DNA from: an uncultured bacterium
GTDB taxonomy: Bacteria; Fidelibacterota; Marinisomatia; Marinisomatales; UBA1611
Reading direction: 5' to 3'
Length of the DNA: 64,000 bases
Assembly (NCBI GenBank): GCA_943788175.1
Contig: CALSPG010000003.1
Coordinates: 64,001 to 128,000 of the forward strand
In this document: positions 40,636-51,089 of the stretch, in pieces
Position numbering within the stretch: the first letter of the stretch is position 1
Layout: each line of letters opens with the position of its first letter
The notes under the pieces: generated by a model
What the model saw: the letters and a program-made list of their open reading frames with translations, nothing else
Database searches by the model: none
Told to the model about the DNA's origin: nothing
Translations under genes and position numbers: made by a program

Positions 40636-41004
40636 TTGATACAACAAGAAACTAGATTAAAAGTAGCCGATAATACTGGAGCGAAGGAAGTTTTATGTTT
40701 TAAAGTTTTAGGCGGTTCTGGTCGCAAGTACGCTAGTGTAGGTGACCAAATTGTCATAACTGTTAAGAAGGCTATTCCTGGTGGTATGGTTAGTAAGGGA
40801 GAAGTCCATCGTGCTGTTGTTGTTAGGACAAAAAAAGAGTACGGTCGCAATGATGGGAGTGTGATTAGGTTTGATGAAAATGCTGCTGTTTTGCTCAACT
40901 CTCAGGGAGAGCCAAGAGGAACAAGAATTTTTGGCCCTGTCGGTAGGGAATTGCGTGATTCTGGTTTTATGAGGATTATATCATTAGCACCGGAGGTTTT
41001 ATAA
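40636..41004 (+). CDS. rplN: 50S ribosomal protein L14
   Basis: [16 protein letters not shown] (TTG start), [15 protein letters not shown]. Confidence 0.99.
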   Translation: MIQQETRLKVADNTGAKEVLCFKVLGGSGRKYASVGDQIVITVKKAIPGGMVSKGEVHRAVVVRTKKEYGRNDGSVIRFDENAAVLLNSQGEPRGTRIFGPVGRELRDSGFMRIISLAPEVL

Positions 41005-41316
41005 ATGTTGATTAAAAAAGGTATGAAAGTCCGCGTTATCAGTGGTGCTCATAAAGGTTCAGAGGGTAAAGTTTTATTTACCTCTCCCAAAAAACAAAGA
41101 ATTATCGTTGAAGGTGTTAATTTTATCAAAAAATCAACTAGGCCGTCTCAAGAAAATCCAAATGGTGGATTAGTGGAAAAAGAGGCTGCCCTGCACGTAT
41201 CCAATGTTATGGTTGTTCAAGGGGGTACGGTTTCTAGACTGGGTTATAAATTTTTAGATGATGGTTCTAAAGTTAGGGTCATTAAAAAAACTAATGAAGA
41301 ATCTGAGATACAATGA
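41005..41316 (+). CDS. rplX: 50S ribosomal protein L24
   Basis: KOW VISGAHKG, VEGVN, LHVSNV. Confidence 0.97.
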   Translation: MLIKKGMKVRVISGAHKGSEGKVLFTSPKKQRIIVEGVNFIKKSTRPSQENPNGGLVEKEAALHVSNVMVVQGGTVSRLGYKFLDDGSKVRVIKKTNEESEIQ

Positions 41317-41939
41317 ATAAGAAAATAGATACTAAGTCAAAAAACAATATTGAAAGCTCTTCTCGTGTTCCAAATATGTTGAATCTTTATAGGACTCAAG
41401 TTATTTCTAGCATGGTTACTAGATTTAATTACAAAAATTCAATGCAGGTTCCAAAAATACGTTCAATTTCTTTGAACATGGGTATAGGTGATGCAAAAGC
41501 CAACAGTAAAAAACTCGATAGTGCGATTAAGGAAATGGGTCTTATTACTGGACAGAAACCATTAGTAACAAAATCAAAATCTGATATTTCTAATTTTAAA
41601 ATTAGAAAAGGTTATCCCGTCGGTTGTAAAGTAACCTTGAGATCTACCAAAATGTATGAATTTTTCGAACGTTTAACCTGTGTCGCTCTTCCAAGGAGTA
41701 GAGATTTTCGTGGTCTGTCATTTAAATCATTTGATGGGCGTGGCAACTACAACTTTGGGATAAAAGAGCAGATCGTGTTTGCAGAAATTAATTATGATGA
41801 TATTGATTCTGTTCGTGGCCTTAATGTTACAATAAGTACTTCGGCTAAAACTGATGACGAGGCATATTGGCTTTTAAAAGAATTTGGTTTTCCTCTAAGA
41901 GAAAAACCCACAACAAAAACAATTGATGAGGCTGCGTAA
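41313..41939 (+). CDS. rplE: 50S ribosomal protein L5
   Basis: [27 protein letters not shown]; exact start uncertain. Confidence 0.97.
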   Translation: MNKKIDTKSKNNIESSSRVPNMLNLYRTQVISSMVTRFNYKNSMQVPKIRSISLNMGIGDAKANSKKLDSAIKEMGLITGQKPLVTKSKSDISNFKIRKGYPVGCKVTLRSTKMYEFFERLTCVALPRSRDFRGLSFKSFDGRGNYNFGIKEQIVFAEINYDDIDSVRGLNVTISTSAKTDDEAYWLLKEFGFPLREKPTTKTIDEAA

Positions 41940-42244
41940 TGGCAAAAAAATCTAAAGTAGTACGTGAGAAAAAATTAATTAAGAATGTTGAAAAATATGC
42001 AACTGTTAGAGCAGAATTAAAAGCAGTAATTAAAAATTCAGATACTTCCTATGAGGATAGAGAAGCTGCAGTAGCAAAATTAGATAATTTGCCAAAGACT
42101 TCAAGCCGAATTAGGATTAGAAATAGATGTTTTAAAACTGGCAGGCCAAGAGGTGTTATTAGAAGATTTAAATTATCTAGGCTTTGTTTTAGAGAAATGG
42201 CTTTAAAGGGTGAAATTCCTGGTGTAACAAAAGCAAGTTGGTAA
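41939..42244 (+). CDS. rpsN: 30S ribosomal protein S14 (long 101-aa type without paired CxxC)
   Basis: [28 protein letters not shown]. Confidence 0.98.
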   Translation: MAKKSKVVREKKLIKNVEKYATVRAELKAVIKNSDTSYEDREAAVAKLDNLPKTSSRIRIRNRCFKTGRPRGVIRRFKLSRLCFREMALKGEIPGVTKASW

Positions 42245-42256
42245 GGAAATAATAAA

Positions 42257-42655
42257 ATGACCATGACAGATCCGATAGCAGATTTTTTAACAAGAATAAG
42301 AAATGCTTTTAGAACAGATAAGCGTTGGGTAGATATACCTTCCTCAAATATGAAAAAAAGAATGGCTTATATTTTGAAAGAAGAAAAATACATTAAAGAT
42401 TTCTTCTTTATTAATGACGGCAATTTTCAAACTATTAGAATTTTTCTTAAATATGACTTCAACGGTGGTTCAGTCATCGAAAGTATTCAAAGGCGTAGTA
42501 GGCCTGGACAGCGTATTTATGTTGGAAGTGGTGAAGTTCCGAGAGTATTAGATGGGTTAGGGATTTCTATCCTTTCTACTTCGAAAGGTGTTATCAGTAA
42601 CAAAACTGCATCTAAGTTAGGTGTTGGCGGTGAATTGCTCTGTGAGGTATTTTAG
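42257..42655 (+). CDS. rpsH: 30S ribosomal protein S8
   Basis: DPIADFLTRIRNA, SRPGQRIY, STSKG, GGELLC. Confidence 0.99.
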   Translation: MTMTDPIADFLTRIRNAFRTDKRWVDIPSSNMKKRMAYILKEEKYIKDFFFINDGNFQTIRIFLKYDFNGGSVIESIQRRSRPGQRIYVGSGEVPRVLDGLGISILSTSKGVISNKTASKLGVGGELLCEVF

Positions 42656-42656
42656 G

Positions 42657-43193
42657 ATGTCTAGAATAGGAAATAACCCGATAAGTATTCCAGATGGTAT
42701 TAATGTCAAAGTTGAAAATAAAAAAATTGAAGTTTCTGGTAAAAAGGGTTCTCAAATAGTAGTTATTCATGAGAATATTAAAGTAGTTAATGAAGACAAT
42801 ACTTTAACATTTTCTCGAATTGATGATAGTGCGGTTAGTAGATCTATGCATGGTACGACAAGGCAAATTGTTAATAATATGATTGTAGGTATTTCGGAAG
42901 GTTTTAGAAAAGATCTTGAAATTGTTGGTGTTGGTTACCAAGCTTCTATTCAAGGTTCTAGGTTGAAGCTTCAATTAGGGTATTCCCATGATATTTTCTT
43001 TGATCTGCCAGATGGTGTTAATATTTCTGCAGAAAGAACTTCTATATCTATTGAAGGTAGTAATAAGCAACTTGTAGGTTCTGTTGCTTCAAAAATAAGA
43101 TCTTTTAGAAAACCAGAGCCATATAAAGGTAAAGGTATTCGATATAAAGGCGAAAATATTAGGATTAAGCAAGGTAAAACGGTTGGTGAATAA
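42657..43193 (+). CDS. rplF: 50S ribosomal protein L6
   Basis: MSRIG (ATG 42657), GVGY, LGYSH, PEPYKGKG. Confidence 0.98.
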   Translation: MSRIGNNPISIPDGINVKVENKKIEVSGKKGSQIVVIHENIKVVNEDNTLTFSRIDDSAVSRSMHGTTRQIVNNMIVGISEGFRKDLEIVGVGYQASIQGSRLKLQLGYSHDIFFDLPDGVNISAERTSISIEGSNKQLVGSVASKIRSFRKPEPYKGKGIRYKGENIRIKQGKTVGE

Positions 43194-43564
43194 TGGGAAT
43201 TTTAAACAATAATATAAAAAGAAAAAGTCGCAGAAGAAATAGAAGTAAGTCTACATCAATGTTTCATTCTAAGTATCCTCGACTTGTTATATATCGAAGT
43301 AATAAACATTTCGAAGGTCAGATTATCAACGATTTTGAGTCAAATACTTTAGCTTCTTCTTCTTCGAAAGATAGTAGCTTGAAGAAAGAAATTAAAAGCT
43401 CTAAAAGTAAAACTGACGTTTCCATTATAGTTGGAAAAACTATTGCTGAAAAAGCTATCAAGAAAAAAATCAAAAACGTAGTTTTTGATAGAAATGGTTA
43501 TCCTTTTCACGGTCGCGTCAAAGCATTTGCTGATGCTGCACGTGAAGCTGGATTAGAATTTTAA
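43193..43564 (+). CDS. rplR: 50S ribosomal protein L18
   Basis: PRLVIYRSNKH, FDRNGYPFHGRV, AREAGLEF. Confidence 0.98.
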   Translation: MGILNNNIKRKSRRRNRSKSTSMFHSKYPRLVIYRSNKHFEGQIINDFESNTLASSSSKDSSLKKEIKSSKSKTDVSIIVGKTIAEKAIKKKIKNVVFDRNGYPFHGRVKAFADAAREAGLEF

Positions 43565-43575
43565 AGGAGTCGAAA

Positions 43576-44079
43576 TTGACAACAATCAACCCATCTGAAT
43601 TAGATTTATTAGAAGAATCTGTTATAAAGATTAATAGGACTGCGAAAGTTACCTCTAGGGGCAAAAGATTTAGATTTTCAGCTCTTGTCGCTGTGGGAGA
43701 TGGTAAAGGACATATTGGTATTGGTCTAGGTAAGGCAAATGAAGTTATTGTTTGTATTCAAAAAGGAAAGGAAATTGCGAAGAGGAATCTCTTTAAAATA
43801 CCAATAATAAATGGTACGATTCCTCATAAAATCATTGGTAAACATGGTGCGAGCAGGGTAATGTTAAAACCTGCTGCTCCGGGAACTGGTATTATTGCCG
43901 GAGGTCCGGTAAGGTTTGTTATGGAGCAAGTTGGGATTCATAATATATTAACGAAAAGATATGGTTCAAAAAATGCTATGAATCTTGTTTTTGCAACACT
44001 AGATGGCTTACTGAATCTTAAAGATGCGGTTGCTATAGCGAATAAAAGGCAGATAACTATTAGAGAGGTTTTTAATTAA
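43576..44079 (+). CDS. rpsE: 30S ribosomal protein S5
   Basis: [30 protein letters not shown] start with AAGGAG SD. Confidence 0.97.
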   Translation: MTTINPSELDLLEESVIKINRTAKVTSRGKRFRFSALVAVGDGKGHIGIGLGKANEVIVCIQKGKEIAKRNLFKIPIINGTIPHKIIGKHGASRVMLKPAAPGTGIIAGGPVRFVMEQVGIHNILTKRYGSKNAMNLVFATLDGLLNLKDAVAIANKRQITIREVFN

Positions 44080-44083
44080 AGCT

Positions 44084-44263
44084 ATGTTAGAAATCACATT
44101 AGTAAAAAGTACTATTGGTTACAAGCCCAAAGCGAAGCTTACTGTTGCCGCTCTTGGTTTAAAAAAGCTCAATCAATGTGTTGTGAAATCTGATACTCCC
44201 CAGATTAGAGGTATGATTAATAAAGTTAATTACCTTTTAAAAGTTACAGAGGTGAAGAAATGA
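44084..44263 (+). CDS. rpmD: 50S ribosomal protein L30; not in the ORF track
   Basis: Manual translation [59 protein letters not shown] (59 aa). Confidence 0.95.
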   Translation: MLEITLVKSTIGYKPKAKLTVAALGLKKLNQCVVKSDTPQIRGMINKVNYLLKVTEVKK

Positions 44264-44701
44264 ATTTAGAATCATTAGTTCCTATTAAAGGTTCAACATC
44301 TAAAAGAAAAAGAATTGGAAGGGGTCATGGTTCTGGTCTAGGTAAAACTGCAGGGCGAGGACACAAGGGCGCTGGGCAACGTTCGGGTAATAAAAAAAGA
44401 GCATGGTTTGAAGGTGGTCAAATGCCTCTGGCTAGGAGATTACCTAGAAGAGGTTTTACAAATATTTTTAAGAGAAAAATATCAGGTCGTTAATATCGGT
44501 GATTTAAATGAGATTAAATCTAGCGTTCATGTTGATCCTTCTTATCTTGAAGATAACGGTCACATAAGATCTTCACTTAAACCTGTTAAAATATTAGGTA
44601 ATGGCGAAATTGGTAAAAAAATTAAATTTAGTGCTTCTGCTTTTAGTGCTTCTGCGCAAGAAAAAATTGAAAAAGCTGGTGGAGAAATAATCATTTTATG
44701 A
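44260..44701 (+). CDS. rplO: 50S ribosomal protein L15, split by a single-base frameshift near 44470-44479
   Basis: N-half RIGRGHGSG...[12 protein letters not shown] in one frame and C-half VKILGNG...[14 protein letters not shown] in the next; removing one A gives a 146-aa L15. Confidence 0.92.
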
Positions 44702-46011
44702 TTGACAAAATTAGAACAATTTTTAGTATTCCTGAATTGAGGGCTAAGATTTTGTACACACTGGCAATTTTAATTGTTGTTAGAATTGGTGCTCATATAC
44801 CGATACCTGGTGTTGATGCTAATGCTCTAGCTGGTGCCTTTGATAGATTGCAAGATACGTTGTTTGGTTTATTTAATATGTTTGTTGGTGGTGCTTTTGA
44901 AAAAGCTTCTCTTTTTTCTCTTGGTATTATGCCGTATATATCATCTTCTATTATTATTCAGCTCATGGGCTCTGTTCTTCCTTATTTTCAGCGATTACAA
45001 AAAGAGGGTGAAGCTGGTAGAAAAAAAATCACTCAAATCACTCGTTATGGAACAGTGCTGATTGCTACAATGCAATCTTATGGGGTCACAGTCTTTCTTG
45101 AAAAAGAACTTCAAGTGGTAATTAATCCTGGCGCTCTTTTTGTTTTTACGGCTGTAGTTAGTATGGTTACAGGGACAATTTTGCTCATGTGGATGGGTGA
45201 AAAAGTTACTGAGCGTGGTATTGGAAATGGTATATCCTTGATAATCATGGTCGGTATAATATCACGTCTTCCTTTTGTTGTTGGTAATGAGATTAGAGCA
45301 GTTCTAGCAGGTGAAAAACTTTTTATTTCAGAATTAGTTCTGATGGGTATCATGTTCCTTGTTATTTGTTTTGTTGTACTATTAACTCAAGGAACCAGAA
45401 AAATTCCAGTTCAATACGCGAAGCGTGTTGTTGGACGTAAAGTTTATGGTGGTCAAAATACTCATATTCCACTAAAAGTGAATACAGCGGGTGTAATGCC
45501 TATTATTTTTGCTCAATCAATCATGTTTATACCAAGTACTGTATCAACTTTCTTTTCTGATAGTGAGTTTTCTGCAAGTATTATGAGATGGTTTTCATTT
45601 GAGCACCCAGTTTACTGGGTAGTTTTTGGTTTGATGATAGTTTTCTTCACCTATTTTTATACTGCAATTGCTTTTGACCCTATTCAGGTTAGTTCTCAAA
45701 TGAAACAGCAAGGTGGATTTATCCCTGGTGTAAGACCAGGTAAAAAAACATCAGAATACATAGATAATATTCTATCAAAGGTGACTTTCCCTGGATCGGT
45801 GGCTCTGGCTGTAGTTGCAATATTTCCATACATACTTATGCAGGCAATGGATGTCGAGTATGATTTGGCTTCTTTTTTTGGCGGAACTAGTTTATTAATT
45901 ATTGTAGGCGTTGCTCTTGATACTCTTCAACAGCTTGAATCTCATTTAATGATGCGTCATTATGATGGTTTTCTTACAAAAGGTAAGATACGTGGGCGGA
46001 GGAGAATGTAA
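44698..46011 (+). CDS. secY: Preprotein translocase subunit SecY
   Basis: LGIMPYI, GIGNGISL, NTAGVMPIIFA, IPGVRPG, GGTSLLI. Confidence 0.99.
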   Translation: MIDKIRTIFSIPELRAKILYTLAILIVVRIGAHIPIPGVDANALAGAFDRLQDTLFGLFNMFVGGAFEKASLFSLGIMPYISSSIIIQLMGSVLPYFQRLQKEGEAGRKKITQITRYGTVLIATMQSYGVTVFLEKELQVVINPGALFVFTAVVSMVTGTILLMWMGEKVTERGIGNGISLIIMVGIISRLPFVVGNEIRAVLAGEKLFISELVLMGIMFLVICFVVLLTQGTRKIPVQYAKRVVGRKVYGGQNTHIPLKVNTAGVMPIIFAQSIMFIPSTVSTFFSDSEFSASIMRWFSFEHPVYWVVFGLMIVFFTYFYTAIAFDPIQVSSQMKQQGGFIPGVRPGKKTSEYIDNILSKVTFPGSVALAVVAIFPYILMQAMDVEYDLASFFGGTSLLIIVGVALDTLQQLESHLMMRHYDGFLTKGKIRGRRRM

Positions 46012-46760
46012 TGGTATACACGCGTTCAAACAATGAAATCGAGATGATTTCTAAAAGCTGTCAAATTGTAGCAAATACACTTGAAATGATTTCTGAATTT
46101 GTTGTCCCTGGTGCCTTACTATCTGATTTAGATAAAAAAGCAGAAAACTTTATTGTTTCAGCTGGTGCTCGGCCTGCTTTTAAAGGCTATATGGGGTTTC
46201 CCTCTACTTTGTGTATATCAATTGAAGATGCTGTTGTGCACGGTATTCCTCATGATATTGAACTTGAAGAAGGTCAAATAGTGGGTATCGATTGCGGTGC
46301 GGAATTGAATGGCTATTATGGAGATCATGCTAAAACTTTTGCTGTCGGCAATATTAGCGCTGAAAAAGAGAAATTAATGATGATTACTGAAGAATCATTA
46401 AACAAGGGTATTGAAATGGCTATTCCTGGAAATTGTGTTGGCGATATTGGTCATGCTGTACAAACACATGCAGAATCTAATGGGTATTCAGTGGTTAGAG
46501 AGTTAGTTGGTCATGGCATTGGTCAAAATTTACATGAAGAGCCTCAGGTTCCAAATTACGGTCGACCAAAAGAGGGCTATAAATTACACGCTGGAATGTG
46601 TATTGCAATAGAGCCGATGATTAATCTTGGAAAAAAAGAAGTATATACATCTGAAGATGGGTGGACTATTTTAACAGTTGATGGAAAAGCTTCTGCTCAT
46701 TTTGAGCATACAATCGCTATTATGGAAGATGGTCCTAGAATTTTAAGCACGACAAGGTAA
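46011..46760 (+). CDS. map: Type I methionine aminopeptidase
   Basis: VVHGIP, GYYGD, GHGIG, HEEP, IEPMI, SAHFEHT. Confidence 0.97.
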   Translation: MVYTRSNNEIEMISKSCQIVANTLEMISEFVVPGALLSDLDKKAENFIVSAGARPAFKGYMGFPSTLCISIEDAVVHGIPHDIELEEGQIVGIDCGAELNGYYGDHAKTFAVGNISAEKEKLMMITEESLNKGIEMAIPGNCVGDIGHAVQTHAESNGYSVVRELVGHGIGQNLHEEPQVPNYGRPKEGYKLHAGMCIAIEPMINLGKKEVYTSEDGWTILTVDGKASAHFEHTIAIMEDGPRILSTTR

Positions 46761-46762
46761 AA

Positions 46763-46990
46763 ATGGCTAAAGAAAAACCAATAACTATTGATGGTACGAT
46801 TAAAGAAACTTTGCCCAATGCAATGTTTCGTGTTGAGGTAGAAATCGGAGGCGACAGTCATATTGTTTTAGCTCATGTAAGTGGAAAAATGAGGATGCAT
46901 TTTATTAAAATATTACCTGGTGATATAGTGACTCTTGAAATGAGTCCTTATGATTTAAATAGAGCCAGAATAGTATATAGGAAAAAATAA
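46763..46990 (+). CDS. infA: Translation initiation factor IF-1
   Basis: [28 protein letters not shown]. Confidence 0.98.
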   Translation: MAKEKPITIDGTIKETLPNAMFRVEVEIGGDSHIVLAHVSGKMRMHFIKILPGDIVTLEMSPYDLNRARIVYRKK

Positions 46991-46993
46991 TTT

Positions 46994-47107
46994 ATGAAAG
47001 TTAGAGCTTCGGTAAGAAAAATGTGTGCTAAATGTAAAGTGGTGAAGCGTAAAGGAAAACTGCTTGTCATTTGCGAAATTCCTAAGCATAAACAAAGGCA
47101 AGGATAA
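46994..47107 (+). CDS. rpmJ: 50S ribosomal protein L36 (zinc-ribbon type); not in the ORF track
   Basis: Manual translation [37 protein letters not shown]. Confidence 0.97.
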   Translation: MKVRASVRKMCAKCKVVKRKGKLLVICEIPKHKQRQG

Positions 47108-47111
47108 TAGA

Positions 47112-47489
47112 ATGGCTAGAATAGTTGGTGTAGATATACCTAGAAATAAAAAAATTGCTTTTTCTCTGTGCTATATTCACGGCATTGGGTTATCAACAGC
47201 TTTGAAAATATGCGAGAAAGCTAAAGTAGATACAGCAAAAAGGGTTCAAGAATTAACTGAAAAGCAAGTCAGTAAGATTCGTGAGATTATCAGTTCCTTA
47301 GAAATCAATGTTGAAGGTGAACTTAGATCTTTTAATGCAATGAATATCAAGCGCCTTAAAGATGTAGGTGCCTATAAAGGCATAAGACATAGAAGAGGTT
47401 TACCTGCTAATGGTCAAAGAACGAAGACCAATTCAAGGACAAGAAAAGGTAAAAAACGAACAATTGGTTTAGGTAAAAAAGCTATTTAA
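47112..47489 (+). CDS. rpsM: 30S ribosomal protein S13
   Basis: [10 protein letters not shown] (ATG 47112), YIHGIG, GQRTKTN. Confidence 0.98.
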   Translation: MARIVGVDIPRNKKIAFSLCYIHGIGLSTALKICEKAKVDTAKRVQELTEKQVSKIREIISSLEINVEGELRSFNAMNIKRLKDVGAYKGIRHRRGLPANGQRTKTNSRTRKGKKRTIGLGKKAI

Positions 47490-47509
47490 TTAAAAATTGA
47501 GGTAAAGTT

Positions 47510-47893
47510 TTGGCTGAAAGCAAACAGAAAAAAAAGAAAAAAGTCGTTGATCCAAATGCCATCGCGCATATTAAATCAACTTTCAATAATACACACGTTA
47601 CGATATCTGATAAATTTGGAAACGTTCTCATATGGCAAAAGGCGGGTTCATCTGGTTTTAGAGGTTCTAGAAAAAGCACAGCATATGCTGCTACTCTTAC
47701 AGCTCAAAAGGTAGCTGAGACTGCTCTTTCTATGGGCATTGTTAGTATATCTGTTGAGGTTAAAGGGCCTGGGGCCGGTCGAGAATCTGCAATAAGAGCA
47801 TTAGCAGTCTCTGGTTTACAAATAACATCCATCAAAGATGTTACTCCGCTACCCCATAATGGTTGTCGTCCGCCAAAGAGAAGACGTGTATAA
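47510..47893 (+). CDS. rpsK: 30S ribosomal protein S11
   Basis: [31 protein letters not shown] start. Confidence 0.99.
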   Translation: MAESKQKKKKKVVDPNAIAHIKSTFNNTHVTISDKFGNVLIWQKAGSSGFRGSRKSTAYAATLTAQKVAETALSMGIVSISVEVKGPGAGRESAIRALAVSGLQITSIKDVTPLPHNGCRPPKRRRV

Positions 47894-47918
47894 CAAAAAA
47901 TAAACGAGAATATTTAAT

Positions 47919-48536
47919 ATGGCAAAAACAAATCAGGCTAGAGGGAAATTGGTTCGAAAATTCGGCGAGAATATCTTTGGCAATCCAAAATATGATAGGT
48001 TGTTAAACCGTAAACCTTATGGCCCCGGTCAGCATGCTCAAACTAGAAGAGGAAAAATATCTAACTATGGGACCCAGCTAAAGGAAAAGCAAAAAATAAA
48101 ATTCATGTATGGTTTGTTAGAAAAACAATTTAAAATTACTTTTAAAAAAGCTGAAAAACTTAAAGGAGAAACCGGTACTAATATGCTGCAACTCCTTGAG
48201 AGTAGATTGGATAATGTGGTTTTCAGGCTCGGTTTTGCTCCAACGAGGCCGGCTGCTAGACAGTTAGTAAATCACAAGCATTTTTTAGTGAACAATATTG
48301 CAGTTAATATACCTTCCTATGTGCTTAAAATTGGAGATAAAATATCTGTTCGCAACAAAAGTAAGAAGATGGATATAATTCTGAATTCAATTAGAACCAT
48401 TAAAGGCGATATAGATCTAGCTTGGCTTGATCTAGATAAAGCTAAAATGACTGGAACTTTTTTAAGTGTTCCAGAAAGAGATCAAATGAATTTGACAGTT
48501 AATGAGCAGCTAGTTGTTGAACTGTACTCAAAATAA
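47919..48536 (+). CDS. rpsD: 30S ribosomal protein S4
   Basis: PGQH, EKQK, LESRLDNVVFR, ARQLVNH, VVELYSK. Confidence 0.98.
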   Translation: MAKTNQARGKLVRKFGENIFGNPKYDRLLNRKPYGPGQHAQTRRGKISNYGTQLKEKQKIKFMYGLLEKQFKITFKKAEKLKGETGTNMLQLLESRLDNVVFRLGFAPTRPAARQLVNHKHFLVNNIAVNIPSYVLKIGDKISVRNKSKKMDIILNSIRTIKGDIDLAWLDLDKAKMTGTFLSVPERDQMNLTVNEQLVVELYSK

Positions 48537-48566
48537 ATTAAGATAATAAAAAAGGATAAATTTTCA

Positions 48567-49538
48567 ATGGATAAATCATTTAATTTAATAGTTCAAACTG
48601 ATGAAAAGTCTTTATCAAAAACGGATGGTCAATTTACAATTGAACCGCTAAGTAGGGGTTACGGTATTACATTAGGTAATGCTATGAGAAGAGTTTTGCT
48701 TACTAGTATACCTGGTGCGGCTATTACTCATCTGCAAATCGAAGGTGTCGATCACGAATTTTCTACTCTTAAAGGTGTTAAGGATGATGTTGCTGACATC
48801 ATAATGAATTTAAAGAAAGTTAGATTTAAGTTAATGGATAATAATCCTGACAAAATAAACCTTACTTTTAAGGGTAAAAGTATTGTAACTGCAAAAGATT
48901 TACAAAATGCTAGCAACCAATTTAAAATTTTAAATCCAAAACAGTATATTACTGAAGTAAACTCAAGTGGTAAACTTGAGATGGAGATTAGAATTGGTAT
49001 TGGTATGGGTTATGTGCCCTCTGAGGAAAACGATTTACCTAATTTGCCGCTTGGAACTCTATCCATTGATAGTATATTTAATCCTGTTACAAAAGTTACT
49101 TATGACGTTAAACCTGTTCCAGGTGCAAAAGAACCTATTGAGATTTTGACTATGAATGTACAAACAGATGGTTCAATTTCGCCTAAGGATGCTATTAGCT
49201 ACTCTGCTACATACATAAGAGAACATTTAAAATTCGTTGAAGCAATTGCAAATCCGGAAATTTTAGAAATTTCAAAAGGTGTTTCTGATGAAACATTAGC
49301 ATTACGTAATCTATTAAATCAGGCAATTGATGAAATGGAGTTATCAGTTAGAAGTTTTAATTGTTTGCAGGCAGCTGGTATCAAATATATTCATGAATTA
49401 GTGAGTAAGGAAGAAAACCAAATGTTGAAATATAAAAACTTCGGAAGGAAATCCCTTACTGAGTTAGTTGATAAACTCAGTTCGATGGGGCTTCATTTTG
49501 GTATGGATATAAGCAAAATTATGGCAGAAGAGGGTTAA
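48567..49538 (+). CDS. rpoA: RNA polymerase alpha subunit
   Basis: EPLSRGYGITLGNAMRRVLL, HEFST, alpha-CTD LSVRSFNCL...NFGRKSL. Confidence 0.98.
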   Translation: MDKSFNLIVQTDEKSLSKTDGQFTIEPLSRGYGITLGNAMRRVLLTSIPGAAITHLQIEGVDHEFSTLKGVKDDVADIIMNLKKVRFKLMDNNPDKINLTFKGKSIVTAKDLQNASNQFKILNPKQYITEVNSSGKLEMEIRIGIGMGYVPSEENDLPNLPLGTLSIDSIFNPVTKVTYDVKPVPGAKEPIEILTMNVQTDGSISPKDAISYSATYIREHLKFVEAIANPEILEISKGVSDETLALRNLLNQAIDEMELSVRSFNCLQAAGIKYIHELVSKEENQMLKYKNFGRKSLTELVDKLSSMGLHFGMDISKIMAEEG

Positions 49539-49542
49539 TCAA

Positions 49543-49947
49543 ATGCGCCACAAGAAAAAAGGACGCAAATTAGGCAGGAAGGTTGGTAATCGCAGGGCAT
49601 TACTAATGAATTTAGCATGCCAGTTGATAGTTCATAAAAAAATTAAAACTACAGATCCAAAGGCAAAAGAACTTAGATCATATATTGAGCCTTTAATTAC
49701 TTTAGCAAAAAAAAATAGTCTTCATTCAAGAAGGTTAGTAATAAAGAAGATTCCTAAAAAGAATATTGTACGAATTCTTTTCGAAGAAATTGCACCGATA
49801 TTTTCTGATAGACCTGGTGGGTACACTCGGATTACTAAACTTGGTTATCGGGATAATGATAGAGCACCTGTATCGGTCATAGAATTCGTTGAATCATTCG
49901 AAACTGTGGCAGTTGAAAATTTATCTTCTGAAAAATCTGAAAAGTAA
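49543..49947 (+). CDS. rplQ: 50S ribosomal protein L17
   Basis: MRHKKKGRKLGR, KAKELR, RPGGYTRI. Confidence 0.98.
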   Translation: MRHKKKGRKLGRKVGNRRALLMNLACQLIVHKKIKTTDPKAKELRSYIEPLITLAKKNSLHSRRLVIKKIPKKNIVRILFEEIAPIFSDRPGGYTRITKLGYRDNDRAPVSVIEFVESFETVAVENLSSEKSEK

Positions 49948-49974
49948 ATTTTAAAGATAGCTTATCGTTTTCTT

Positions 49975-51081
49975 TTGCGTCAAAAGTATCTTCTTCTTTT
50001 TTTTTTAAATTGCATTCTCATATCTTCAGATAACAGTCCCTCTGTAAAAGCACTTTGGGTAGTGCGAGATCATATGGTTAGTAAGGACCTAATTGATAAC
50101 GTACTAGATTTTGCTGAAACTAATGGTTTCAATCATATTTTTGCGCAAGTAAGAGGACGAGGTGATGCTTATTATAATTCAAGTTTTGTTCCAAAATCAC
50201 ACCTTGTTGATGCTGATTTTGATCCGTTAGAATATTTAATAACTTCTAACAAAAGTAGTAGTATTAAAATTCATGCATGGATCAATATTTATTATTTATG
50301 GTCTTCAAAAACATTACCTAAACAAAAAAAGCATCTTTTACTCAAAAATCCTGAATGGTTAGATAGATCTAATAAAGATAAATATATAAAAACCGCTCAA
50401 TATCTTAGTGATAAAAACTCTATGAAAATAGATGGAGAAGGTTTCTATTTAGCACCTACAAATTCATCTGTTAAAGATTATTTGTTAAATGTTATATCTG
50501 AATTATCTGAAAAATACTTACTTGATGGAATTCATTATGACTATATAAGATTTCATAATACAAAATATGGATTTAATGAAACAGGATTAACTGAGTATAG
50601 GGCATTAAATAAAATAAATGCTATTAATTATGGTGAAGATGATAGTGTTATTTTTTCTGAATTTAAGAGAAGTTCGATAACTAGGTTTGTTAAAGAAGCC
50701 AAAGAATTAATAAAGCAAAATTTGCCAAATTCAATTATTTCCGCTGCTGTAAAGCCTAATATTTATGATGCTAAATTACTATTCTTTCAAGAATGGGATT
50801 TATGGCTATCTGCTGGTTATTTAGATTGGGCTGTCCCCATGAATTATGTAGTGGATAATGATAAATTCGTTCAAAATATGTATATGGTGAAAGATAACAT
50901 TCCTTCTCAATATCATAAAAAAATCATTGTTGGTATTTCTACATATAATCAAAGCGCTAGAATAGTTGGAAAAAAAATAAAAAGGTTAAGGAATATGAGG
51001 TTTAATAATATATCTATATTCTCCTATAATGTTTTTGTCGATAATCCTTACTATTGGAAAAAATTAAAAAAATATTTTTAA
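49975..51081 (+). CDS. Exported glycoside hydrolase-like 10 (GHL10) family protein
   Basis: Signal peptide, [45 protein letters not shown]. Confidence 0.85.
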   Translation: MRQKYLLLFFLNCILISSDNSPSVKALWVVRDHMVSKDLIDNVLDFAETNGFNHIFAQVRGRGDAYYNSSFVPKSHLVDADFDPLEYLITSNKSSSIKIHAWINIYYLWSSKTLPKQKKHLLLKNPEWLDRSNKDKYIKTAQYLSDKNSMKIDGEGFYLAPTNSSVKDYLLNVISELSEKYLLDGIHYDYIRFHNTKYGFNETGLTEYRALNKINAINYGEDDSVIFSEFKRSSITRFVKEAKELIKQNLPNSIISAAVKPNIYDAKLLFFQEWDLWLSAGYLDWAVPMNYVVDNDKFVQNMYMVKDNIPSQYHKKIIVGISTYNQSARIVGKKIKRLRNMRFNNISIFSYNVFVDNPYYWKKLKKYF

Positions 51082-51089
51082 TAAAAACT

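Noticed and set aside
46005-46015. Absence of adk between secY and map
   Set aside because: secY-map-infA is a common arrangement in FCB-group bacteria; used only as a taxonomic hint.
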